The position numbers and the translations under genes were made by a program. Of a stretch of DNA of 64,000 nucleotides, positions 35,369 to 45,440 are shown one piece after another. The stretch is from Parcubacteria group bacterium (GTDB taxonomy: Bacteria; Patescibacteriota; Minisyncoccia; Phycocordibacterales; UBA2135). A model generated the notes under the pieces. The model searched no databases and was not told the origin of the DNA. It saw only the letters and a program-made list of their open reading frames with translations. Every line of letters starts with the position of its first letter. The stretch's first letter is position 1. The stretch is taken from positions 251,840 through 315,839 of the forward strand of contig JACPBB010000001.1 in NCBI GenBank assembly GCA_016180525.1, read 5' to 3'.

Positions 35369-36366
35369 TATGCGGGGTCAGGATGTGCCATATACCAATC
35401 ATGTGTAATCCTTAACCCTTCATCTAAAGAGACTTCCGGTGTCCACTCAACAAAAGCCCGAAGTTTTGAAGTGTCTGCAAGCCTGCGCTTTACGCTTCCT
35501 ATCGGTCCATTTTGTATATCAAGTTTTTTAGGGCGCCAGTCAACTACATCAAACATTCTTTCAGCCAATTCCTTCATGGTAATTTCCAGAGCGTCCCCAA
35601 TGTGTACCGTTTCAATTGGTTGGCTATCCGTTTTCTTCGAATCCATAAGCATAGACATCGCCCTCACAGCGTCACCAATATAACAAAATGTTCTTGTGTC
35701 ATCTGCCCCATAAATAGGAAATGGATCAGCGCGTGCCATGATTCTCTCCGAAAAGTCTGGTATAACATGGCCCTTATATCCAGCACGAGGACCATAAAAA
35801 TTGTGCGGCCGGACAATAAGCGCCTTAAAATTATGCATTTTCGCGTAATTGATGACAAAAAGCTCCCCCACAAGCTTTGTAGCAGCGTATGACCAGCGGG
35901 GATTATGCGTGTCGTGAATTACAAGCGGAACCTTCTCGGGAGTAGGAATAGGAAGCTGATTAAACGCATTAAGTCCTCCGGCATACGCTTCATTTGAGGA
36001 AGTAAAACAAAACTTACCCTCCTTGTTTTTCTCACGAAACCACTCGAGCATATAGATAAGCGAGAGTGTGTTAACACGCAGTACTTCATGCGGCATTTCA
36101 TAAAATAATTTTGTTCCGTTTACGGCCGCGAGATGATATACGTGGTTATAGCCACTACCTAATTTTTCATAAGAATCTGGCTTGGTGAGATCAAGGGCTA
36201 AAAATTTCACGCGCGGATTATCCAAAACATTTTGAAAATCCGCGTCTATCCTGCCACGCCTCAAATTATCAACTAAAACTAGTTCCACATCGGAATTTTG
36301 CAATAAATGTTGTGCTAGGTGATATCCAATAAATCCCGCACCGCCAGTTATAAGTATTTTTCTCAT
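35368..36366 (-). CDS. NAD-dependent nucleotide-sugar epimerase/dehydratase (extended SDR)
   Basis: ILITGGAGFIGYHL Rossmann motif and catalytic YAATK (YxxxK). Confidence 0.85.
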   Translation of the reverse strand: MRKILITGGAGFIGYHLAQHLLQNSDVELVLVDNLRRGRIDADFQNVLDNPRVKFLALDLTKPDSYEKLGSGYNHVYHLAAVNGTKLFYEMPHEVLRVNTLSLIYMLEWFREKNKEGKFCFTSSNEAYAGGLNAFNQLPIPTPEKVPLVIHDTHNPRWSYAATKLVGELFVINYAKMHNFKALIVRPHNFYGPRAGYKGHVIPDFSERIMARADPFPIYGADDTRTFCYIGDAVRAMSMLMDSKKTDSQPIETVHIGDALEITMKELAERMFDVVDWRPKKLDIQNGPIGSVKRRLADTSKLRAFVEWTPEVSLDEGLRITHDWYMAHPDPA

Positions 36367-36479
36367 AATAAAAAATTAAAGCTTAAAACAAAAAGTGCAA
36401 AATAGCAATGTAATAAAGCAGAATATTTTGAACTTTGAGTTGTTATTTTAACTTCTGTGTTTTTACATTTTAATTTTAT

Positions 36480-37832
36480 TTATATCGTATCGTATCCAAG
36501 ATTGCTATAATGCAATCCTTTTATATTAACAATCTCTTCTTTGGGCAACATAGACCATGTATCAAAAATAAGAGCTGGTTTTGCCATCTCACGGACATGC
36601 TCAATTTCTAAATTTTTATATTCTGGATGGTTAGTCATGATCACTATGGCATGCTTGTCCTTGAAGATGGCTTTTCCATCCGCAATCGGTTTTGCACCAT
36701 GTTTTGCAATTACATCGTCCGCAACAACAAAGTCGTGGCCGTGTATATGTATATTTGGATTACCTTTCAAGAACTTTAAAACATCAAGTGTCGGAGAAAA
36801 TCGCATATCCGACGTCGGCGGCTTGCCTTTAAACGCAAACCCTAAAATTGCCACGTGTTTTACGGCTGTTTCTTTGTGGTGCGTATTTAAAAATTTCATA
36901 ATTTGCCCGTAGACATACTCAGGCATTGCTTCATTCACACTTCTCCCCACTGCAGGAAGCTTCATCTCATATCCACGCTGCCGCGCGCTGTATTGCAATA
37001 TGTATGGATCCTTTGAAAGACAATATCCACCGACGCCTGGACTGGGAACGGGAATTTTGTCTCGAGTATATGCCTCGTTTGCAGCGTGTACTATTTTGTT
37101 TGTATCAAGATTAAACACGTCACATGCTCTCGCAAATTCATTTGCAAATGCAAAATTAAAATCACGAAACGTATTATTGAGAAGTTTTACCATTTCCGCC
37201 TCTTCAAGAAAATCAAGCATGATAGATTGGGGAGCAAAATGCTCAAAAAGTGCCTGTGTCAATGTCGCGCTTCTTTTATCAATACCCGCAATCACTTGCG
37301 GCAAGGTTCGTAATTCCTGAAGCGCGTCTCCTTCCACTGTCCGCTCGGGTGCAAATGCGACAGAAAAATCGGGTCCTGCTGTAAGGCCGGAACATTTTTC
37401 TAAAATTGGAATAACAAAATCACGGGTTGTGCCAACTGGCACTGTTGAGCGCAAAATTACCAAGTCTCCTCTTTTGAGCACTGCTCCAATATGCCTCGCG
37501 GAGTTTTCAAGATCTCTGAAAACGGGAGTATAGTTTAGAACTGGTGTCCCCACCGCGATAATATAGGTCGTTATGAGGTCATCGCGAGGAATAGTATCAA
37601 AACATTCAAATCCTTCGCGCTGCTGTTTTTCCAAAAGAGGCCTGAGACCTTTTTCATAAAAATGTGGCTGTAGATTGTTTATGCCATCAACAACCGTTCG
37701 GTTTATGTCAACCCCGTATACGCGCTTGCCACATTCATAAAGCGTTACTGCGAGAGTCAGGCCAACATACCCGAGCCCAAGAACACAAACGCTATTATTG
37801 GGAGCTGATTTTTTTGTTCTAAATGAATTCAT
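36480..37832 (-). CDS. nucleotide-sugar 6-dehydrogenase (UDP-glucose/GDP-mannose dehydrogenase family)
   Basis: VCVLGLGYVGLTLAV NAD-binding N-terminus and catalytic Cys motif GGYCLSKDP. 450 aa. Confidence 0.85.
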   Translation of the reverse strand: MNSFRTKKSAPNNSVCVLGLGYVGLTLAVTLYECGKRVYGVDINRTVVDGINNLQPHFYEKGLRPLLEKQQREGFECFDTIPRDDLITTYIIAVGTPVLNYTPVFRDLENSARHIGAVLKRGDLVILRSTVPVGTTRDFVIPILEKCSGLTAGPDFSVAFAPERTVEGDALQELRTLPQVIAGIDKRSATLTQALFEHFAPQSIMLDFLEEAEMVKLLNNTFRDFNFAFANEFARACDVFNLDTNKIVHAANEAYTRDKIPVPSPGVGGYCLSKDPYILQYSARQRGYEMKLPAVGRSVNEAMPEYVYGQIMKFLNTHHKETAVKHVAILGFAFKGKPPTSDMRFSPTLDVLKFLKGNPNIHIHGHDFVVADDVIAKHGAKPIADGKAIFKDKHAIVIMTNHPEYKNLEIEHVREMAKPALIFDTWSMLPKEEIVNIKGLHYSNLGYDTI

Positions 37833-37983
37833 CTATGCCTTGTATTATATAATTACTCAAACATAAAATCCCTTGCGACATAAGAACTAATGATGACACA
37901 TAGTGTAACAATGCATTCTATCTGCTTTAGTAATAACTAAAATGAACGAAAGAGAGTCACGGCTAAAAAGTATGAGAAAATTT

Positions 37984-39795
37984 TTAAAGATGCGACATTT
38001 TTTTTACAAGATAATCCTCCAATACCAAGTAGTCCATTTTTGTTTTCAAGAAACAGTTAAGAGCATCTTCAGGTGTCTCAACAATTGGATCCCCGCCCAA
38101 ATTAAAGGAGGTATTCAAAACAAGAGGAACCCCCGTTATTTTTAAAAATTCATCGAGTAGCTGCGCGTAGCGCTTGTTTGATTCTGGGGTCACCGATTGA
38201 ATGCGCGATGTATTATCAACATGCAACACAGCTGGTATGCGTTCTGCTTTATCCTTTCGCACACTAGCAGCAAGAAGCATAAAGGGACTTGGAACGTCAA
38301 TGTCAAACCACTCTCCAAGGTGCTCTTCCAGAATTGACGTCGCAAAAGGTCTCCATGGCTCACGGTGTTTTACCTTAATGTTTAAGATATCTTTCATTTT
38401 TTGGTCTCTCGCGTCACAGAGAATGGAACGGTTTCCCAGCGAGCGCGGGCCGTATTCAGAGCCGCCATGAAACCATCCAATTATATTCCCGTTCGCTATA
38501 AGCTCCGCTGTTTCTTTGCAAATATTCTTTGATTTAGAAACAACAATAAGATCCTTCTTTTTTCCAAGAGCATTTTGTATTTCATTATCGGTATAGGAAC
38601 GTCCAAGAGAAGCGCTCTTCATTCTCCACCAACGTGGCTCACCCGCTATAACATGCACACCATAGAGCGCGCATCCAAGCGGAACGCCCGTATCGGAAGC
38701 GCCCGGCTGAACAAATAATTGTTTAAATCCAACTTTGTCCAAATAGTTTCTGTTCGCATCTATATTGAGACCGACACCGCCAGCAACGCAAAGATTTTCT
38801 GAGCGAGCAATCTCTTTAAGCCTATTACCCCATCGAATTGAAATTTCTTCAAGAAGCTTCTGCCCCGCGTATGCGACTGAAGCATAATATGGATCTGGAA
38901 GCGGCTCATTTGTCCGTGCTACCTTATCAAATATAATATCCTGAAACAAAGTCGGCTCACTGAAAAAACGATATTTCCCTTGTGAAGCAAGGGTAAGAAT
39001 GTGTACCCCAAATGCTAAAATAGCTTCTCTGATTATCTTGCGTACCTTCTCTCTAAAAGAGATTTGCGGAGCGGAATTGTTCACCACATGCCCGCGCTTT
39101 GGTTTTGGGAATCGAATGCGTGGGTTACAAAAAAAATGGCCGTGGATTTCTTTAAACCATTGTTCCATCGGGTATTGTTTAATGATCCGGTCGTCACCAT
39201 ACGTGGCGAGCCCCATCATTTTTCCTTCGTTGTATTTTCCCAGCCCAAGATACTCACGGCATAAATATGTATAAAGATTCCCAACGCCTATGGTATAAAT
39301 AAATCCGATGCCGTTACGAAGATGGGTTGTTTTTTGAATCTCAACAAGACGATTTTTTTCTCCAAAATAAAGAGTTTCCGTTTCCCGAATGGGAATGCCG
39401 TAGTGACTGAAGAATTTCTCACCGTGTCCGTCATACACAAGCACCGCGGCTTCATCAAATGGGGAGCAAAAAAACGCAGAGGCGGCATGGGCATCATGAT
39501 GATTAATAATTTCAAGCCGTGCAGCCGCAAAAGCATGTTTACTGTCCCACTCACGGAAAATTTTTGCTGTTGGATATTCAACTTCTGAATTAAATTGGTC
39601 TATAACAATAAGATCAATGTCTTTTGGCTGTAACCCAAATGCGTCAAGACAATATTGTATGGAAAGTTCCGGAAACATGTATTGCGAATGCTTCACGCGG
39701 TTTAAGCGCTCTTCGGCTATTGCTATGATACGTTTCCCTGAAATAAGGGCCGCACCGGTATCATGCCCCGTCGCTTTTAATCCAAGAATATTCAT
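37984..39795 (-). CDS. carbamoyltransferase (NodU/CmcH/TobZ family)
   Basis: N-terminus MNILGLKATGHDTGAALI...ERLNRVKH (Carbam_trans_N) and a full-length 603-aa architecture with the C-terminal domain. Confidence 0.85.
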   Translation of the reverse strand: MNILGLKATGHDTGAALISGKRIIAIAEERLNRVKHSQYMFPELSIQYCLDAFGLQPKDIDLIVIDQFNSEVEYPTAKIFREWDSKHAFAAARLEIINHHDAHAASAFFCSPFDEAAVLVYDGHGEKFFSHYGIPIRETETLYFGEKNRLVEIQKTTHLRNGIGFIYTIGVGNLYTYLCREYLGLGKYNEGKMMGLATYGDDRIIKQYPMEQWFKEIHGHFFCNPRIRFPKPKRGHVVNNSAPQISFREKVRKIIREAILAFGVHILTLASQGKYRFFSEPTLFQDIIFDKVARTNEPLPDPYYASVAYAGQKLLEEISIRWGNRLKEIARSENLCVAGGVGLNIDANRNYLDKVGFKQLFVQPGASDTGVPLGCALYGVHVIAGEPRWWRMKSASLGRSYTDNEIQNALGKKKDLIVVSKSKNICKETAELIANGNIIGWFHGGSEYGPRSLGNRSILCDARDQKMKDILNIKVKHREPWRPFATSILEEHLGEWFDIDVPSPFMLLAASVRKDKAERIPAVLHVDNTSRIQSVTPESNKRYAQLLDEFLKITGVPLVLNTSFNLGGDPIVETPEDALNCFLKTKMDYLVLEDYLVKKMSHL

Positions 39796-39804
39796 AAAAA
39801 ACTA

Positions 39805-40959
39805 CTATTGAAAACTGTGGTACATAGTAATGTGTCTTTCTGTTGATTTACGCCAATTAAATTTTTCACGCACAAAGAGTTTCGCGCGCTCGCCCATTTT
39901 TTTTCGCACAATAGGATTATTGTAAAGAAAAACTATTTTCTCCGCAAGCGCACGAGAATCTCTTTCTTGTACTAAAAAACCAGATTTTCCATCTTCAACT
40001 GCCTCCGGTATACCACCACTGTGTGTTCCTAAGACTGGAACGCCATACTGTTGTGCTTCGAGATACGCGATGCCAAGACCTTCAATGTCCCCCTCTTCTG
40101 TATAGAAAAAAGACGGCATTGAGAAAAGATTTGAAATATTGTAAAAAACGGACACATCGGGAACCTTTCCCGCAAAAATAACCAGATCTGTAGCTCCGAG
40201 CGAGCGCGCCAATGTTTCAAAGTTTTTCCTCTCTGGACCATCTCCCACAAACATAAGTTTTATATGAAAATTTTTAATATTAGCGATTGCTTGAATTAAA
40301 TATTCTCCCCCTTTCCGCTTCACTAAGTGCCCGACATAAAGAACAAGAAAGTCAGCAGGTGTAATTTTGTATTTTTCTCTTATTGTCCGGGCGTCATCTT
40401 GAGAAACCTCCGGTGGAGTATCTCTAAGTGGATAATATATAACCGAGAGCTGTGACGCCAAAATACCATAGCGCTTTATTATTTCGTTTCGTGTTGAATT
40501 GCTAACCGCTATCGCGCGCGTCGCATGCCTTAATGTCCACTCTTTGGCAAAACGAGTCTTTCCGCTTCCTCGTCTCTCTAGTATGTCTGTTCCGTGAAAA
40601 GTAACAAAAACAGGCTTACGAAAAATATATCTTCCAATAAGTACTGCGAGGAATCCCATTGGAAAAACGTGTGTCGCGTGAAAAACATCATACTTCCTAT
40701 ACTTAAACGCGTAATAGCAGATGCTAAAAAAAATAGCGGCAAAAGACTTTTTATCGTCTCGAATAATTAATAATTTTTCATTTTCATATTCTTCACCCTT
40801 TTCCTGATTTTTAAGCGCAACAACGCTGACATAAGTGACGCTCGGTGATTGTGCCATGTAAAAGGAGAGACTGTGCGTAAATTCCGATATGCCTCCAACT
40901 GTCGGAGGAAAATCGGTTGTAAAAAAAACAATTTTTAGTTTTTTATTTTTTTGCTGCAT
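39805..40959 (-). CDS. GT4 (group 1) glycosyltransferase
   Basis: KLKIVFFTTDFPPTVGGISEF and EGLGIAYLEAQQYGVPVLGTHSGG. The track ORF begins at a GTG 10 codons upstream, so the start is placed at the ATG (MQQKNKKLKIVFF). Confidence 0.85.
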   Translation of the reverse strand: MQQKNKKLKIVFFTTDFPPTVGGISEFTHSLSFYMAQSPSVTYVSVVALKNQEKGEEYENEKLLIIRDDKKSFAAIFFSICYYAFKYRKYDVFHATHVFPMGFLAVLIGRYIFRKPVFVTFHGTDILERRGSGKTRFAKEWTLRHATRAIAVSNSTRNEIIKRYGILASQLSVIYYPLRDTPPEVSQDDARTIREKYKITPADFLVLYVGHLVKRKGGEYLIQAIANIKNFHIKLMFVGDGPERKNFETLARSLGATDLVIFAGKVPDVSVFYNISNLFSMPSFFYTEEGDIEGLGIAYLEAQQYGVPVLGTHSGGIPEAVEDGKSGFLVQERDSRALAEKIVFLYNNPIVRKKMGERAKLFVREKFNWRKSTERHITMYHSFQ

Positions 40960-41828
40960 AGTATCATTCCAAAATCTTTTTCCTTCCACGGTGTTATAAG
41001 AATATCAAGAACATATAATTTCACATACGCCCCGAAGGCAAAAAACATGAAAAAGAAATTCTTAAGCGTTTTTTGCCGTTTCCATTTTCCCCATAAGTGA
41101 AGTGAGCCAAGTTCATATAATAATGTCGGTGGACGACGAAACCACGCAGTCATGGGCGTAAATCCATTTTGTGTTAAAAATTGTTTCAAATTATCTTCAG
41201 AAAATTGAAATAAGTGGTGAGGCGGGGTCAGCACAGACCATGAAATATTAAACCGTTTGTAGAGTTTAAATGTTGTTTTAGCCCAAAAAGAATCGAGATT
41301 TGGTGTTGAAATAACAAGCACTCCAGTACTCTTTAGGACTCTGTGAGATTCAACAAGCAGTTCTTTGGGATTTTTCACGTGCTCAATAATGTCACCCAAG
41401 AAAACAGTGTCAAAAAAATTATCTGCATAGTGAGCATCTTTGAGTGTCCCCTGTTTTACATTGAGTTCGCGTGACCGCGCGATCTCCGCGGTCAATTCAT
41501 TTATTTCCACTCCATACGTCTCAAATCCTCTTTGTTTCGCGAAAAATAAAAAGTCGCCATTTGAGCAGCCGACATCGAGTAGTTTTCCATTTGAAACTGT
41601 CTTCTGTAAATAATTAAGTATTTTTTTAATATGCCGACTTTCTTTTACCGCAAGTTTTTTTCTATGCTTTTGATACCCGGCTTTTTTTGAATAAACCTCC
41701 TCTTGTAAATGCCGCTCATCGGGTTGCGGATTTACAAAAACAAGCCCGCATGCGGGACATTTTTGGTAGCCATACCTGTCTTTTTCAACGAAAAAGGCTG
41801 TTTTATTATTGCATATGAGACAGTTCAT
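40935..41828 (-). CDS. class I SAM-dependent methyltransferase with N-terminal Zn-ribbon
   Basis: CLICNN...CPACG zinc ribbon. LLDVGCSNGDF, VEINE, FDTVFLGDIIEHVKNP, LKSTGVLVIS motifs. Confidence 0.85.
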   Translation of the reverse strand: MNCLICNNKTAFFVEKDRYGYQKCPACGLVFVNPQPDERHLQEEVYSKKAGYQKHRKKLAVKESRHIKKILNYLQKTVSNGKLLDVGCSNGDFLFFAKQRGFETYGVEINELTAEIARSRELNVKQGTLKDAHYADNFFDTVFLGDIIEHVKNPKELLVESHRVLKSTGVLVISTPNLDSFWAKTTFKLYKRFNISWSVLTPPHHLFQFSEDNLKQFLTQNGFTPMTAWFRRPPTLLYELGSLHLWGKWKRQKTLKNFFFMFFAFGAYVKLYVLDILITPWKEKDFGMILCSKKIKN

Positions 41829-42847
41829 GAAAGAAGGCCTATTTTTTGTGCTTCGTTAATAATAGTAAGCACGCGCGCCTTTGTGGAGTGCCGTTTTAAA
41901 ATTTCTTGATATTCTTCTTCTAAATCTTTTTGATTATACCCATTTCGTAAAAACTCTCCCGCTTTTTTGAGTTGATATTCAAAATCATACAAATTATTGT
42001 ATTGAAAAATTCTTTTGTAATTCATCGCGTCGCTGTCAAGCTCAAACAAATCAAAGCGCTCCGCGATAATGAGACAGTTATTTCCTAAGATTTCCCAGAA
42101 GCGGCGCGAGTCATACCCTGCAGCGCCCGTTGAAACGCCGACTTTCGTGCGTGCCCAGATTTCATATGATTTATCGGGTGAATACGGACCCTTATGTATA
42201 AGCGGCAATTTGTATGTTTTCTTTGTGTGACACGTAAATCCATTCTCTGTGCAAAATTTTTGAGTTAACTCCGGAGCATAGCGCCGCGTTAGAGGGTAAA
42301 GCTCTTGCCCAAAAAAACAACTAAAATCAATGTCTTTCTCCTTGTTGGAGTCGTAATATTTCATAAACCGAGATTCAATGCCAAGCGGAAAAGGAATCAT
42401 GCCGTTTGTATATGGCTTTTCGCGCCTGAAATACAGCCGACATTTTTTTTGCATGTCTTTATTTGGGGCACCGAGCCCTTCGTATGCGCCTTTGATTATT
42501 TCGTACTGGATTTTTAGATCGCGCCATCTGTCTTTCCCAATTTCAGAACCGTCAACATAGACTGTCTTTCCCCACCCGTTTAGTTCGTCAATAAACGCTG
42601 TATCGGTGCCATATTTTCCGTACGAGAAAATAATCAGGTCAGCGCCCTTAGCAAACTCCGCCAGTTGTTTTTTGGAAACTCCAAACTGTTTTGTAAAAGC
42701 TTCTCCAAACGGGTGCGGATAATAATCGGGGTAAAAAAATTCAAGTTCTGGATTTTCTTTTTTTAATAAAAACAACCCGTCCAGGACAGTGTCGCAATAA
42801 AAATCATCTCTTTCTGTCGGCGTTACGACCGCAATTTTATACCGCAT
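41825..42847 (-). CDS. hypothetical protein, possible GT-B-like glycosyltransferase (CgeB/DUF-type)
   Basis: 340 aa with a two-domain alpha/beta-looking composition in a tightly overlapping GT operon. No confident motif. Confidence 0.3.
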   Translation of the reverse strand: MRYKIAVVTPTERDDFYCDTVLDGLFLLKKENPELEFFYPDYYPHPFGEAFTKQFGVSKKQLAEFAKGADLIIFSYGKYGTDTAFIDELNGWGKTVYVDGSEIGKDRWRDLKIQYEIIKGAYEGLGAPNKDMQKKCRLYFRREKPYTNGMIPFPLGIESRFMKYYDSNKEKDIDFSCFFGQELYPLTRRYAPELTQKFCTENGFTCHTKKTYKLPLIHKGPYSPDKSYEIWARTKVGVSTGAAGYDSRRFWEILGNNCLIIAERFDLFELDSDAMNYKRIFQYNNLYDFEYQLKKAGEFLRNGYNQKDLEEEYQEILKRHSTKARVLTIINEAQKIGLLS

Positions 42848-43895
42848 GTAATAATTGTGTTATGCGTTTAATAAGATTTTTTAAATCAAAATTTTGTTTT
42901 ACTTGATTATATAAATATTCCTGGATATTCAAAACCTCTTCTTCGCCCTTTATGCAGAGCGAATTTATTTTTTGAGCAAGATCGTTCGCGTCACGCTCCT
43001 TATAGAGCAAAGATTTGCCGTGTATACCAAAAACTTCAGAGAATGCTTTATTTGCCGAAAGCGCCATGGTCCCGCACGCGATACTCTCAAGCACCGCCTT
43101 ATCCATACCACCCGTTGGGGTCAAATTAACCGATATATCTGCTTCTTTATAATAGTCGAGCATGTCGGTATATGAAATTGCACCCTTAAAAAAAACTGAT
43201 TCTGATATGTTTTTTTCTTTAACTAGGGTTTTAAGTTTTTTAAAATACTCAACATCTGTTTTGTACACCGGAGCGCCGATGCACGTAATCATCGCATGAA
43301 TATTGTATTTCCTTTCTAGTGCGTGTGCTGCCTCAAACAAAATCTCTAAATTTTTAATAGGGGTAATTCTGCCGACATGAAGAATCCGAAGCGGCGTATG
43401 AAGTGGCTCATCTTTTTTACGCGTGAAGTGCGCAAAATCAATGCCGTGCCCCAAAAAGTTGACTTTTTTACTTTTAAGACGAAACGCCTCCGGGGTCGTG
43501 CTAAAAACAACGTGCGCTAACTTTTCTGCAATTCGCAATTTCATATTAACCTGTCGGTGCACGTACCACAGTCCAATTTTTTTATTCCACAGTCGCCACA
43601 AGAGTCCGCCGAGAATAATATATTCTGGATTCATATGAACAAAAACAGCATCGTAGCGATTTTTCAAATTCCAAATATATTTATAAAAATTAAAAATGTA
43701 TGAGATTCTTGATGTGCCCCGCTCTTTTCCTAAAGAAAAAATCCCTACGTTGTTGGGTAGAGTATGCACTCCTTTTTCAAGACAAATAACCGTCACGCCT
43801 TCACAGTATTGCGCAAACCGATGGATCCACGGATGAAAAAAGCCGAGGACATCATCTGCCGCATCAACTTTTTGAGTGAGTATTAGAATTCGCAT
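42837..43895 (-). CDS. GT4-like (group 1) glycosyltransferase
   Basis: MRILILTQKVDAADDVLGFFHPW N-terminal domain and C-terminal ...DKAVLESIACGTMALSA GT-B motif. Confidence 0.7.
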   Translation of the reverse strand: MRILILTQKVDAADDVLGFFHPWIHRFAQYCEGVTVICLEKGVHTLPNNVGIFSLGKERGTSRISYIFNFYKYIWNLKNRYDAVFVHMNPEYIILGGLLWRLWNKKIGLWYVHRQVNMKLRIAEKLAHVVFSTTPEAFRLKSKKVNFLGHGIDFAHFTRKKDEPLHTPLRILHVGRITPIKNLEILFEAAHALERKYNIHAMITCIGAPVYKTDVEYFKKLKTLVKEKNISESVFFKGAISYTDMLDYYKEADISVNLTPTGGMDKAVLESIACGTMALSANKAFSEVFGIHGKSLLYKERDANDLAQKINSLCIKGEEEVLNIQEYLYNQVKQNFDLKNLIKRITQLLHAV

Positions 43896-44839
43896 TATGA
43901 AACATCATCGTTCGCACTATTTAAAATCGTGTCTCCATACACCCCGCGCAATAAATCAAGGTCCTTGTTGCTTGAAACGAGCAAGTCAATATTTTTATTC
44001 TTCAGCGCGTCTAAAACCATATGCCCAAACGGGTCATCAATTTCTTTTTTATATATTTCGCTAAAAGCGGCAAAATCTTTTATGAAACAGTGTCCTCCCG
44101 CCCCGCGCCCGCTTTTGTGAACCGGCTCCATATGAAGTTCATACAAAGGAAGCGTTCGTTCCGCCTCGCCGCCTAGAGTTCCGCTTTTGTGGACCGGGTT
44201 CATATGAGATGTCCCGATTCTTGGGTCAGCAATCATTGCATCCCGAATTACCTCCCAGTCGCAGCCAATTTTGTTGGCTAAATCATAAAGCAAATTTATA
44301 TAAATTACTTTAAAATAAAACCAGTTGTTCCCGCCGTATTTAATAAGTTCAGCTTCTTTTGCTTTGCAGACTAAATCAAACTGTGCCTTTGGCAACACAG
44401 ACAAAACCTCTTTTGCTTTTTGTCTGTACTCATCACTCTCTTCTGAAATTCCAATAATATTGCGAAATGGTTGAGACGCGTCTTGCCTCGCGGTGGATTC
44501 GGTTAAAAATTCCGGAGAATGGAAAACAAAGATACCCGGATTCTCTTTTTGTATTGATTCGGTGGTTCCAGGGATAACGGTTGATTTAATAACCGCAATC
44601 TTTCCTTTTCCCACGAGCTTTACCACTTCACGTACGATGCTGTCGTCAAATTTTTGATTGCGAGTAGGAGTCGGAACGGCAATAAACACAATGTCGCAAT
44701 CTCGCACCTTCTCTCTATTTCCGGCATATTCCCTTTCCTGCGCGTAGCGAGTTACCCCATACCCCCTTCGTTCAAAATCATCGGCATAATTTTTGCCTAT
44801 CCAACCCTGTCCTATAAAGCCTATGTGTTGCTTCTGCAT
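43895..44839 (-). CDS. short UDP-glucose/GDP-mannose dehydrogenase-family protein carrying an internal duplication
   Basis: IGFIGQGWIGKNYA NAD-binding start, SPEFLTEST, and catalytic-Cys motif GGHCFIKD. Only 314 aa. Contains a 24-aa internal repeat HMNPVHKSGTLGG / HMEPVHKSGRGAGG. Confidence 0.55.
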   Translation of the reverse strand: MQKQHIGFIGQGWIGKNYADDFERRGYGVTRYAQEREYAGNREKVRDCDIVFIAVPTPTRNQKFDDSIVREVVKLVGKGKIAVIKSTVIPGTTESIQKENPGIFVFHSPEFLTESTARQDASQPFRNIIGISEESDEYRQKAKEVLSVLPKAQFDLVCKAKEAELIKYGGNNWFYFKVIYINLLYDLANKIGCDWEVIRDAMIADPRIGTSHMNPVHKSGTLGGEAERTLPLYELHMEPVHKSGRGAGGHCFIKDFAAFSEIYKKEIDDPFGHMVLDALKNKNIDLLVSSNKDLDLLRGVYGDTILNSANDDVS

Positions 44840-44914
44840 ATGAGTAGTAATTCTTCAGATTATATACTGTATATAAACAAAATACACGCTATTGAGTTGC
44901 ATAGTGGATGTATT

Positions 44915-45433
44915 TTAAAACGATGCCAGGAGTTGTGCAAATTCGTTTAAATTTGAAACTTCCGGAAACTCTGTTTGCTTGATATCGCTGCCGTATTTCA
45001 TTTCTTTCCGTCGCATACGAATCCCGACAATGTGTGGACATTGTTTTTTCATGTTTTGCAGTTGCGCAAAATCGTCATCAAGAAAAATTATTTTTTCTTC
45101 TGCGTGCTTAAATATGCGCTTGATTATATCCCCCTTCATTTCAGTACCGGTAAATATAGATTCTGAAAATAAGTTGAGGATTCCACTTTGTTGAACTTTA
45201 GCTTTTTGATATTTTTTATCGCCAAATGTCACCAAAATGAGACGGTGCTGTGAATGGTTTTTTAAAAAATCCACCGTGTCGGGAAACAAGAACATACCCG
45301 CTTTCCCGTGCTCTTTAAGAATTTTAAGACAGCGGTTGCTGTGTTCAACGCATGAGATATTCTCTAGCCCCATTTCTTTTTTATACTGCTCCGTATTAAA
45401 AAGTGTCCAATCAAAATCCAATAAAATGCGCAT
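44915..45433 (-). CDS. HAD-superfamily hydrolase
   Basis: Motif I DFDWTL (DxDxT) and motif IV FLDDD. Confidence 0.6.
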   Translation of the reverse strand: MRILLDFDWTLFNTEQYKKEMGLENISCVEHSNRCLKILKEHGKAGMFLFPDTVDFLKNHSQHRLILVTFGDKKYQKAKVQQSGILNLFSESIFTGTEMKGDIIKRIFKHAEEKIIFLDDDFAQLQNMKKQCPHIVGIRMRRKEMKYGSDIKQTEFPEVSNLNEFAQLLASF

Positions 45434-45440
45434 ATCAATT

